A DNA stretch of 24,162 nt. Source: a virus (taxonomy: Duplodnaviria; Heunggongvirae; Uroviricota; Caudoviricetes). The stretch lies in the IMG/VR virus record IMGVR_UViG_2690316224_000007, one strand, 5' to 3'. Within the stretch, counting starts at the first letter, position 1. The number at the start of each line of letters is the position of its first letter. The position numbers and the translations under genes were made by a program. Under the pieces are notes generated by a model that saw nothing but the letters and a program-made list of their open reading frames with translations, did not search any database and was not told the DNA's origin. This document shows positions 8,077-16,175 of the stretch, piece by piece.

Positions 8077-9828
8077 ATGATTCAGGACGCTTTTGTGCGC
8101 CAGCGTGCGCGGCAACTTTACTGGCAGGGTTATCCGCCCGCAGAAATATCACGTCTGATGGGAATAAACCCGAACACGATTTATGCGTGGAAAAAACGCG
8201 ACCAGTGGGATGAAACGCCACCCGTGCAGCGTGTCACGCAGTCCATCGATGCGCGCCTCATCCAGCTTACTGAAAAACAGAATAAAACAGGTGGTGACTT
8301 CAAGGAAATAGACCTGCTGACCCGGCAGCTTAAAAAGCTGCATGATGGCCAGCCGGATGTGATGGCCGCAGGAAAGAAAGGCCGGGCGAAAAAACTCAAA
8401 AATCATTTCACGCCGGAACAGATTGCCGCACTGCGGGAAAAAATCATCAGCAGGCTGGAGTGGCATCAGCGGGGCTGGTTTGACTCCCTGACCCTTTGCA
8501 GGGAAGCCGGGATACGTAACAGGATGATCCTGAAATCCCGACAGATTGGGGCGACCTGGTATTTTGCACAGGAAGCACTGCTGATGGCGCTGCGTGACGA
8601 TGTGGCACAACCTTACCAGCGTAACCAGATTTTTTTGTCTGCGTCGCGTCGTCAGGCGTTCCAGTTTAAAAGCATTATTCAGAAGGCTGCGGCTGAAGTT
8701 GATGTGGAGCTGAAAGGGGGCGATAAAATCATCCTCTCCAACGGCGCAGAGCTGCATTTTCTTGGTACTTCTGCTGCGACGGCACAGTCCTACACGGGCA
8801 ATTTTTATTTTGATGAATTTTTCTGGGTCAGTCGCTTTGCTGAACTGCGCAAGGTGGCTGGCGCTATGGCAACCCTCAGCGGACTGCGGCGCACCTACTT
8901 CTCCACGCCATCCACCGAAACGCACGAGGCATACGCCTACTGGAATGGCGACCGCTGGAACGAGAAAAAGGCCACGCATAAACGCCAGCGTTTTTCTGTG
9001 GACTGGAAAACGCTGCATAACGGGCTTATCTGCCCTGACCGGACGTGGCGGCAAATTGTCACGCTGGAAGATGTGGTTAATCACGGCTGGAAACACACCG
9101 ATATTGACGAAATTCGTGATGAAAACACCGAAGACGAGTTCCGCAATCTCTATATGTGTGAGTTTGTCCGCGAAGGGGAATCGGCATTTAACCTGAATAT
9201 CCTGATTGGCTGCGGTGTTGACGGATACGACGACTGGAAAGACTGGAAACCTTTTGCTCCCCGCCCGATGGGGAATCGTCCGGTATGGATTGGGTATGAC
9301 GCAAACGGCAGCAGTGGAAACGGCGACAGCGGCGCTGTGTCCGTGGTGGTTCCTCCGGCTGTTCCTGGAGGCCGTTTTCGAACGGTGGAGACGCGACGCG
9401 TTCAGGGGCTGGAGTTTGAAGAACAGGCCAGAGTCATTGAAGAGTTCACGTGTCGCTACAACGTGGAACACATCGGCATTGATGTGACGGGCGGGAACGG
9501 GGAGGCTGTTTATCAGATAGTGAAACGGTTTTTCCCTGCTGCTATTCCGTACACCTTCACGCTGTCATCAAAACGGTCGCTGGTACTGAAAATGCTGCAA
9601 ATAATGCGTGCCGGGCGGTGGGAATATGATCGCGCCGAACGCGAGCTGGTCGCAGCCTTTAACGCCGTGCGTAAGGTGAAAACACCGGGCGGCTTTATCA
9701 CTTACGAAACGGACCGTGCGAGGGGGATCAGCCACGGCGACCTTGCGTGGGCAACCATGCTTGCTGTCATTAACGAACCGATTGGCGGCGAAGGGGAAAA
9801 CGAGCGTTTTACGGTTATGGAGTTCTGA
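8077..9828 (+). CDS. P: Terminase ATPase (large) subunit gpP
   Basis: 583-aa ORF, P2 P-sized, with a strong SD; stop overlaps the Q start (TGATG at 9826-9830). Confidence 0.9.
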   Translation: MIQDAFVRQRARQLYWQGYPPAEISRLMGINPNTIYAWKKRDQWDETPPVQRVTQSIDARLIQLTEKQNKTGGDFKEIDLLTRQLKKLHDGQPDVMAAGKKGRAKKLKNHFTPEQIAALREKIISRLEWHQRGWFDSLTLCREAGIRNRMILKSRQIGATWYFAQEALLMALRDDVAQPYQRNQIFLSASRRQAFQFKSIIQKAAAEVDVELKGGDKIILSNGAELHFLGTSAATAQSYTGNFYFDEFFWVSRFAELRKVAGAMATLSGLRRTYFSTPSTETHEAYAYWNGDRWNEKKATHKRQRFSVDWKTLHNGLICPDRTWRQIVTLEDVVNHGWKHTDIDEIRDENTEDEFRNLYMCEFVREGESAFNLNILIGCGVDGYDDWKDWKPFAPRPMGNRPVWIGYDANGSSGNGDSGAVSVVVPPAVPGGRFRTVETRRVQGLEFEEQARVIEEFTCRYNVEHIGIDVTGGNGEAVYQIVKRFFPAAIPYTFTLSSKRSLVLKMLQIMRAGRWEYDRAERELVAAFNAVRKVKTPGGFITYETDRARGISHGDLAWATMLAVINEPIGGEGENERFTVMEF

Positions 9829-10874
9829 TGAGCAGAAAAAATAAAAAAGTGCGCATGAGTTCACGCATTGATCTCGCTGATGCGCTCAGGAAAGAATCAT
9901 CGCTCAGTGCATTCACATTTGATGGTCCTTATCGCCTGACCGGGCATGACCTGCTGGACAATATGTACTGTGCTGATAACGGGCGGTGGTATGAAACCCC
10001 GGTGGACTGGTACAGTCTGGCAAGAGCCGCCCGGCAAACGTCCTGGCATCAGTCTGCGCTTTACTTTAAGCGTAATGTATTGCTCGGGTGCTACATCCCG
10101 CACCCGCTGCTTTCCCGGCAGGATTTCTCGGCGCTGGCGCTGGACTGGTTTGTGTTCGGTAACGCATTCCTTGAGCTTCGGAGCAATATGCTCGGCGAAC
10201 CGCTTAAATTACGGCACGCCCTGGCGAAATACATGCGACGCGGAAGCGATCTTGAATCATGGTGGTATGTGCAGGATGGCAAGGACGCGTTCCAGTTTCG
10301 CCCTGGCAAAGTGTGCCACCTGATGAATCCGGATATTAACCAGGAAATCTACGGCATGCCGGAATATCTTGGCGCATTACTCTCGGCCAGCCTTTCTCAT
10401 TCGGCGGACATGTTCAGAAAACTGTACTACGACAACGGATCCCACGCCGGGTGCATCATCTACATCGGTGCAGCGCAGGTAAACCGCGAAAGCATGGACT
10501 CCCTGAAAGAAACGTTACAGGGTGCGCGTGGTGGTGGTGCATTTAAAAACGTGCTCATTCATGCGCCCAACGGGGGCAAAGAAGGGGTGCAAATTTTGCC
10601 GTTCCAGCAGATCACCGCAAAGGATGAGTTCATGAATGTTAAGGCGGCATCCCGTGATGATGTGCTGGCTGCGCACCGCGTTCCGCCGCAACTGATGGGG
10701 GCGATGCCGGGCGAAAAAAGTGCGTTTGGTGATGTGGAGAAGGCCGCGCGGGTTTACGCAATTAACGAGCTGATGCCCGTCATGGAGGCCATGAAGCACA
10801 TCAATGACTGGCTTGGCGAAGAGGTGATCCGCTTTAACCCTTACGCACTGTTAGACACCCAGCCCACATCCTGA
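9828..10874 (+). CDS. Q: Portal protein gpQ
   Basis: 348-aa ORF translationally coupled to P; size and position as P2 Q; ends facing the expected cos region. Confidence 0.9.
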   Translation: MSRKNKKVRMSSRIDLADALRKESSLSAFTFDGPYRLTGHDLLDNMYCADNGRWYETPVDWYSLARAARQTSWHQSALYFKRNVLLGCYIPHPLLSRQDFSALALDWFVFGNAFLELRSNMLGEPLKLRHALAKYMRRGSDLESWWYVQDGKDAFQFRPGKVCHLMNPDINQEIYGMPEYLGALLSASLSHSADMFRKLYYDNGSHAGCIIYIGAAQVNRESMDSLKETLQGARGGGAFKNVLIHAPNGGKEGVQILPFQQITAKDEFMNVKAASRDDVLAAHRVPPQLMGAMPGEKSAFGDVEKAARVYAINELMPVMEAMKHINDWLGEEVIRFNPYALLDTQPTS

Positions 10875-10897
10875 CGCGCTTCGCTTGTCTGCTGCTT

Positions 10898-10920
10898 CGC
10901 CGGGGCATAAAAAATTTATG
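10898..10920 (+). other. Perfect 10-bp-stem hairpin (GGGGCATAAA-AAA-TTTATGCCCC), 24 bp after the Q stop
   Basis: Read directly from the sequence. No T-tract follows on either strand, so it is not a canonical intrinsic terminator; may be an RNA processing or protein-binding element. Confidence 0.4.
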
Positions 10921-11328
10921 CCCCGACTCTCCAGCTCCTGTATCAGTCAGATAATTTCACGACGCTTTCCTGCTGATTGCCATCATCGACAGTCAGACTC
11001 TTACGCAATCCCACCGCGTTGACTGCATGTTCTCGCCGTCTCAGTGCGATTTTGACGGCCTTACCTTTCACCCCATCAAATCAAAAGCCCTCACGTCTTT
11101 TTCACGCTCAGCGTGAGAAATACAGCCATTCTGTTCTATCTCTGCGACATCGTTCAGGGAATGCTATTTACCCCCTGAAACGCGGGCTGTTCCCCCGTCA
11201 CCTGCGCGCAGAAAAAACGCGTTTTTTTGTGCACGTACGGATCCTTGACGGATCCAGCCACCACGCGGGCCGGTAGTACAAAAAGTCGTTCAAAAAAATT
11301 GTGCAAACTTGTGCACTATCGTGCAAAC

Positions 11329-11351
11329 AAAAAAAGCGCCTTATCGGCGCT
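11329..11351 (-). terminator. Rho-independent terminator (minus strand)
   Basis: Minus-strand reading AGCGCC-GATAA-GGCGCT followed by TTTTTTT, a few nt after the stop of the 11361..11630 ORF. Confidence 0.55.
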
Positions 11352-11360
11352 TCAAAAGTA

Positions 11361-11630
11361 TCAATTGTTGCTGTGTATTAATCGCCAACCACGAACATAT
11401 GCTTCATAGGCATCTCTGTGCCTTACAGTTCCAGCCTGGCTAAACGGAATGTTAGCTAAAACTAAATCATTCTGAGCCATAGCGCGTCCTTCAAGCGCAT
11501 CTTTTATGCCTAGCTCAAAAGCACAGGCAGCGCATTTGTGCCGACCTTCTTGTCCTTGATATTCAGGGAGAGACAGAAATGTTGGATTATAACGATGAGG
11601 GTTCTTGCAAATACCTGTTTTAGCCCGCAC
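11361..11630 (-). CDS. Hypothetical protein (89 aa, GTG start; contains C-x-x-C)
   Basis: ORF in the AT-richer islet with a GAGG SD 8 nt before a GTG start and a terminator immediately downstream. No recognisable homology; could instead begin at an internal ATG (39 aa). Confidence 0.35.
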   Translation of the reverse strand: MRAKTGICKNPHRYNPTFLSLPEYQGQEGRHKCAACAFELGIKDALEGRAMAQNDLVLANIPFSQAGTVRHRDAYEAYVRGWRLIHSNN

Positions 11631-11765
11631 TTTATTTACCTCATAGGAAAAATATGCGTGCCTTTACAGAGGTGCGTGTAAGCAATAAAATATACGACGC
11701 ACATTTTGATTTACTTCGGAAGGCACGCATATCAGGTTAAGTGAGTCCGACCGAGTTTTACGCCC

Positions 11766-11799
11766 CAATAGTTGCTGCTATTGGGGCGTTTTGCATGGA
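11766..11799 (+). terminator. Intrinsic terminator-like hairpin (plus strand)
   Basis: 12-bp perfect stem ACGCCCCAATAG / CTATTGGGGCGT with a 6-nt loop, followed by TTTTG. No annotated plus-strand gene ends here, so it may end a small transcript (see findings). Confidence 0.45.
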
Positions 11800-11994
11800 C
11801 AATGCCGCGCAATTATCTTGTCGCTCACAATGCGAACGATCTTACAAAAAGGCACATTACTGTCAAGATAATTGATCGTTTTAATCGATAGATAATAGAC
11901 AATCTATTTGTTTAACAGATCGATTATTGAAGTAAGTGTGCCAGATGGAATGATACTGTCTCTATAAACGTGAGCATTTTTCGCGCAGATGCTT

Positions 11995-12306
11995 TTACTC
12001 AGGAAATAACGCCCGGATATTCCCAGCCATCTGGCTGGTTATCTTAGCCACTGGTGCAGACTGTGCTTCAAACTTTTTTGAGCTGATTTGTGTCACAGGT
12101 AATATCTCATCATCAGCCCATGCGGCCAGTCGGTAAGCCTCTGCCGGATTCGTCTTCAGAAGTGCCAGCCCGGCCAGAAAAGCCACGCGTTGGCCGCTTT
12201 TGCGGGCTTCTGGTGTAAGGCTGTCCAGCCAGGCGCATGCTTCTCCTTCGTTCTTGACGGCAGCTGGCTTCAGATAGAAACTTATTCTTCTGGTTGGTGT
12301 CGTCAT
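11995..12306 (-). CDS. parR: ParR/StbB-like centromere-binding protein (ribbon-helix-helix type)
   Basis: 103-aa ORF 4 nt downstream of parM, with an AAGGAG SD in the parM 3' end. Blocks RRISFYLKP, ACAWLDSL..E, RVAFLAGLAL and NIRALFPE align with plasmid R1 ParR as recalled. Confidence 0.65.
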   Translation of the reverse strand: MTTPTRRISFYLKPAAVKNEGEACAWLDSLTPEARKSGQRVAFLAGLALLKTNPAEAYRLAAWADDEILPVTQISSKKFEAQSAPVAKITSQMAGNIRALFPE

Positions 12307-12310
12307 TGGT

Positions 12311-13270
12311 TTACTCCTTGTTCATTGCGTACAGCCCATTAACCAGAGCAAATTGTGGCACCCCGTCCGCGATGAAAGTCGCATTAACTCCGCAGGCTTC
12401 GCGGATAGCGGGTGCCACAATCTCCGCCCCGCCACCGACAACCATCACCCGCCCGTAACCCGAAAAAACCGCCAGAGCGCGGATCACGCGTTGTTTCAGT
12501 GTTTCTTCCTTTTCACGAATAATCGCCATCAGGCTGGCGTAATGCGCGTCATTGTGGATGTGCTGGCGCAACCAGGCTTCATCATGGCGATGTTCGATAA
12601 TGGTATTGGCGATGTGGTGACTGGTGCGCATACCGTTAGTGGCCATCACCGACAGTACGGCATCGGCCATCAGAGAAACGCCTACGTGTGGATCGCAAAA
12701 CACCTGGCTGATACCTGCCAGTTGCCCCTGAACCTTTGCCACATCCAGCGTGGTTCCGCCCAAATCCACAATCAGCAGGGATTCAAACGGACTCATGTCA
12801 GCCAGTGCCTTAAAGCCAGCCGGAATGGATTCAGGCATAACCCGCACGTTACGGATAGTGAATGCTTCGCCGTTCTGGTACTCCACCGGGCGCATAACGT
12901 TCGCTTTTTTGCGGTTGATGTTGGCCATGTCCGGCTGTGCGTTTGTGTCGAAATACTCGCTCAGTGGCAGGGTGACAACCACATCCACCTCCCGTGGCGT
13001 GATGCCTGATTTGACCAGCGCGTGATGAATGGCAATGACATTCACATCGCTGTACTGGTATTGCGTGTCGGTCGTCTGGACAAAGCGATCGCTGACCGGA
13101 TCAAAACCATAGCGCACGCCATCAAGCATGTAGTTCGCGGGCTGCGTGCCACCGAACGGCGCAGACCATTCCGACTTGAAGCTGTTCGGGCTGATGGCGT
13201 TGCGGCGTTCGCCGTTCTCAGTCCATGCCAGCTTGATGTTGGTGGAGCCGTCGTCGATACAAATTCTCAT
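12311..13270 (-). CDS. parM: ParM/StbA actin-like segregation ATPase
   Basis: 319-aa ORF with a near-complete set of ParM blocks matching R1 ParM as recalled: IDDGSTNIKL, SPNSFK, YSDVNV, HHAL, TLPL, RKKAN, FTIRNVRVMPESIPAG, SLLIVDLGGTTLD, GVSL, LKQRV, FSGYGRVMVVGGGAE, LVNGLY. AGGAAAA SD before the ATG. Confidence 0.9.
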   Translation of the reverse strand: MRICIDDGSTNIKLAWTENGERRNAISPNSFKSEWSAPFGGTQPANYMLDGVRYGFDPVSDRFVQTTDTQYQYSDVNVIAIHHALVKSGITPREVDVVVTLPLSEYFDTNAQPDMANINRKKANVMRPVEYQNGEAFTIRNVRVMPESIPAGFKALADMSPFESLLIVDLGGTTLDVAKVQGQLAGISQVFCDPHVGVSLMADAVLSVMATNGMRTSHHIANTIIEHRHDEAWLRQHIHNDAHYASLMAIIREKEETLKQRVIRALAVFSGYGRVMVVGGGAEIVAPAIREACGVNATFIADGVPQFALVNGLYAMNKE

Positions 13271-13301
13271 CTCGATTTTCCTTATGTTGATTAATTAATC
13301 G

Positions 13302-13415
13302 TTTACGGGATTTTTAAATCCCGTTTTCGCCTGTTTTGTGCGCGCTTCATATATCGCGGCGCGTTTTTTGCTCATTTACGGGATTTGTGAATCCCGTTTC
13401 TGTCTGTTTTTTGTT
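13302..13415. repeat. Two ~39-bp direct repeats, each with a palindrome (ACGGGATTTTTAAATCCCGT / ACGGGATTTGTGAATCCCGT), spanning the A stop codon and the parM upstream region
   Basis: Repeat 1 at 13302..13340, repeat 2 at 13377..13415, 75 bp apart; each has CCCGTTTy and CTGTTTT sub-motifs. A TTAATTAAT -10-like element lies between repeat 1 and the parM SD. Confidence 0.5.
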
Positions 13416-16169
13416 TCCACTGGTCAGGCTACCCCGCAGCAGGTCTGCTTTGCGGCGGGCGCGTTCAGTGGTTTCACTGATTCTCTGTGCGTGCTCTGCG
13501 TCACGAATGGCGCGCAGCATGTCAGAAAGCACGGTAACGGGGGTTTTCATGGTGTTCTGGTCCTGCTGAAGTGTGGATGCCAGGCGTGCGGCGGCTTCGG
13601 GGTCTGATGTCCCCAGCTGTTCCAGATAGCTGGCGACCGGGTTATGGCGGATCTCCGTACTGCTTACGCCGTGGTTACGGCTCAGGCGCTGCCAGAGCTG
13701 CGTGATCCGGCTGTCCGGTCGGGTATCCGGTTTGCGTACAATTTCAAATCCCTGCGGTGCAATGTTGCTGCCGTCAACGTACAGACTGCCGCCCCGTAAC
13801 AGGTGCTGCATCTGCTGTTCACCGATATGCAGGCCGAGAGATTCAGCAGACTCCCGCCATTCTTTAGCGAGTAGTTCGTGGTTATCAGGCAAAGGCCGCT
13901 GCTGTTTGCGGCTCTGTGTCCAGCTCTGCATTTCATCACGGCTGTTTTTTGCCTGTTTGTCACGAAGCGAACGCATCAGCGCCCGGCGTTCGTGCCGTTT
14001 CAGTGAGCGCATCCATTCGTTCACTTCAACGCCGTCAGGGAGCTGCGGCCACGGTGCTGGCCGTTCTTCCGGCTGTTCTGTCCCGTTGTTGTCCGTTTCC
14101 TGTACACGGGGACAGTTATTGCCACGAGTCCAAGGGGCGGCAGGGCCGCCCTGAAGGTCAAAACCATTTTCGCGGGCGCTGTCTTCCGCTTCCGGTTTGC
14201 GTCTTACCAGCTTCCAGTTATCCGGATGCGTGCATACGCGGGAAGACTCCCCAATGAGCGGCGACCAGATCCCGTAAATCTGTACACTCTGCTCGCCGTA
14301 ATCGTTCAGCTCATCTGCGAGGTCGTAGGCTGTGCGAATCAGGTAGTCCTTGCGCGGAACAAGTACGCCCCCCTGTTTTTCAATGTAGGTGGCAAAACAT
14401 CCGGCATCAGCGGCAGCGAGTACCGCATCCATTGCGTCATCCTTCAGCCGTTGCGGGCCTTCCGGGTTGCGTGCCATCTGGCTGGCAAGGCGGCGGAGTT
14501 CACGCCACACCTGACGGGAGGGGATGCCAAAGAACTGGAACTGGCGGACCCGGTGAAGGCGCGCCCAGCCGATGGCACGCTCCACGCTCTCGGCCATTGA
14601 TTTACCTGTTTCGTGGTCAACGCGTGGCTTGCCCGTTTTCGGGTCGATGCCATCCACGGCACGGCTGTCCAGGTTTTTCCCGATGTAGGTGGCGATGTAG
14701 CTGGTCGGTGTGCCTTTTGAGCCGTCGACGTACTCCGCTTTAAAACGCGGAGTTATGTCATCGCCCAGCTCGTGACGATCTTCCTGAATGGCAATATCGC
14801 GGGTGTGGGACACAATGGTGTCGATTTCTTCCGGATGAGCAAAGACCATCATATGCCAGTGCACGGTGCCGTCATGGTGAGGCTCCACCGTGCGGATGCC
14901 ATACCAGCGCAGGCCGTCGCGGTTCAGTTTCTTGCGGACCGCCGCAAAAAACGAGTTAACCAGGTAATCGCTGGAGTCGCGCATAGTGGCCCCGTTCCAT
15001 TTGGGATTCGGATGACCGTTCTCCGTTGTTGCGTGGTATTTTGACGGGCAGGTGACAGTCAGAAACACCGCTCTGTCGCCACGGGCTTCGGCCAGAAGTT
15101 CCAGCCCCTTCATGGTGGCCATCATTTCTGCCTTACGGTGAACCGGGTTACTTACTCCCGCGTAATACACCGTCTCGAGATCAATCGTGAACCCGTCTTC
15201 ATTTTCCAGCATGAAACTTTTCAGGAAATCGCGTGTTTTCTCGCGCTGTGCGCGAAACTCGCTTAACGCATCCTGGCTCAGATAGGGCGATGTTTTTCTG
15301 GAAACCAGACAGGCGGCGCGGAGTTGTTCTTCTCTCCACTCGCAACGTAACAGCCACAGTTTGCGTTTCCACCATTCCGCACAGGTCAGGCGAAGGACTG
15401 CGCCCGGCAGCAGCTCCGTGTCCGGTTCGTTCCTCCGGTCTTTATCTGTTGTCAGTGCGTCATAATGTGGAGGCATGATGTGCAGGTGTAACGCCATGCG
15501 GGCCAGCATCTGATACGTCTTCAGCGTTACATCCATGGTCAGTTCGCCATCGGTCGCGCCAAAGCCATCGCAGAGTTTTTCGAAGGTGCTGCTGAACATC
15601 GCCGCCGTCATGGTGGCCAGCGTCTGTATCTGGTGTTTGTTGAGCTGCGGCAGGTAAAGCAAATCGTCCAGGCGTTCGCGTCCGGCAAGGGAGCGATAAC
15701 CCGGTGTCAGCCAGCGTCCGTCAGTGCGATCCAGACGTTCGAATATTTTGCGCAGGGTTCCGCGTGCATAGCGTTCCGCCTGCCAGCTCTTTTTGCCTTT
15801 CCGGCGATCGACTTCCTGTTTTTTGCGCAGGAAGGAGAGGTGGCGAATAAGCGGATCGCGCAGATAGGACGGCAGCAGGCGCAGCGAGGCCATGGCTTCA
15901 TCCACCGTGCCGCGTGCCTGTCTTCTGGCGTCTCCTGCCAGCGTGATGGTTTTGTCCTGTTTTTCCTGTGCGTCCAGGCTTTTATTAATCAGGTTGCCCA
16001 GTGGCGTGGCAGAGAACGCCGCATCAGCCTTTTCCTGTCGGTGCTCGTTCTCTGCCTGGTAGGCATCCAGCCAGGAGGAAAGCGCAGATTCAGGTGCGGG
16101 GATCCCCGTTCCTTCACGCCCCACTGCGTGGCGCGGTTGTTGCCAGTCCCTGATGTACTCTGTCGTCAT
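13347..16169 (-). CDS. A: Replication initiation endonuclease gpA (rolling-circle HUH initiator), 940 aa
   Basis: HUH motif seen as VEPHHDGTVHWHMMVF and the two-tyrosine catalytic motif as TSYIATYIGKN (Y-x3-Y). Position downstream of the small early genes matches P2 A; about 180 aa longer than P2 A at the C-terminus. Confidence 0.88.
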   Translation of the reverse strand: MTTEYIRDWQQPRHAVGREGTGIPAPESALSSWLDAYQAENEHRQEKADAAFSATPLGNLINKSLDAQEKQDKTITLAGDARRQARGTVDEAMASLRLLPSYLRDPLIRHLSFLRKKQEVDRRKGKKSWQAERYARGTLRKIFERLDRTDGRWLTPGYRSLAGRERLDDLLYLPQLNKHQIQTLATMTAAMFSSTFEKLCDGFGATDGELTMDVTLKTYQMLARMALHLHIMPPHYDALTTDKDRRNEPDTELLPGAVLRLTCAEWWKRKLWLLRCEWREEQLRAACLVSRKTSPYLSQDALSEFRAQREKTRDFLKSFMLENEDGFTIDLETVYYAGVSNPVHRKAEMMATMKGLELLAEARGDRAVFLTVTCPSKYHATTENGHPNPKWNGATMRDSSDYLVNSFFAAVRKKLNRDGLRWYGIRTVEPHHDGTVHWHMMVFAHPEEIDTIVSHTRDIAIQEDRHELGDDITPRFKAEYVDGSKGTPTSYIATYIGKNLDSRAVDGIDPKTGKPRVDHETGKSMAESVERAIGWARLHRVRQFQFFGIPSRQVWRELRRLASQMARNPEGPQRLKDDAMDAVLAAADAGCFATYIEKQGGVLVPRKDYLIRTAYDLADELNDYGEQSVQIYGIWSPLIGESSRVCTHPDNWKLVRRKPEAEDSARENGFDLQGGPAAPWTRGNNCPRVQETDNNGTEQPEERPAPWPQLPDGVEVNEWMRSLKRHERRALMRSLRDKQAKNSRDEMQSWTQSRKQQRPLPDNHELLAKEWRESAESLGLHIGEQQMQHLLRGGSLYVDGSNIAPQGFEIVRKPDTRPDSRITQLWQRLSRNHGVSSTEIRHNPVASYLEQLGTSDPEAAARLASTLQQDQNTMKTPVTVLSDMLRAIRDAEHAQRISETTERARRKADLLRGSLTSGNKKQTETGFTNPVNEQKTRRDI

Positions 16170-16175
16170 ACTGAT

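Noticed and set aside
8149-9471. 440-aa minus-strand ORF antisense to the terminase large subunit gene
   Set aside because: Entirely nested antisense within a strongly supported gene; Arg/Phe-rich and low-complexity, typical of an antisense frame in GC-rich coding DNA.
10875-11360. Exact P2/186-type 19-nt cohesive-end sequence
   Set aside because: No GGCG(A/T)GGCGGGGAAAGCA-like string or its complement was found by eye; cos is inferred from synteny only.
10977-11409. Plus-strand ORFs of 99 and 60 aa in the cos-proximal intergenic region
   Set aside because: No SD, Ser/Arg/Leu-biased composition, and they span palindromes and homopolymer tracts; more likely non-coding DNA.
11652-11733. 13-bp inverted repeat pair as retron msr/msd flanking repeats
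   Set aside because: No reverse transcriptase ORF anywhere in the window, and the spacing is short; more consistent with an mRNA or sRNA stem.
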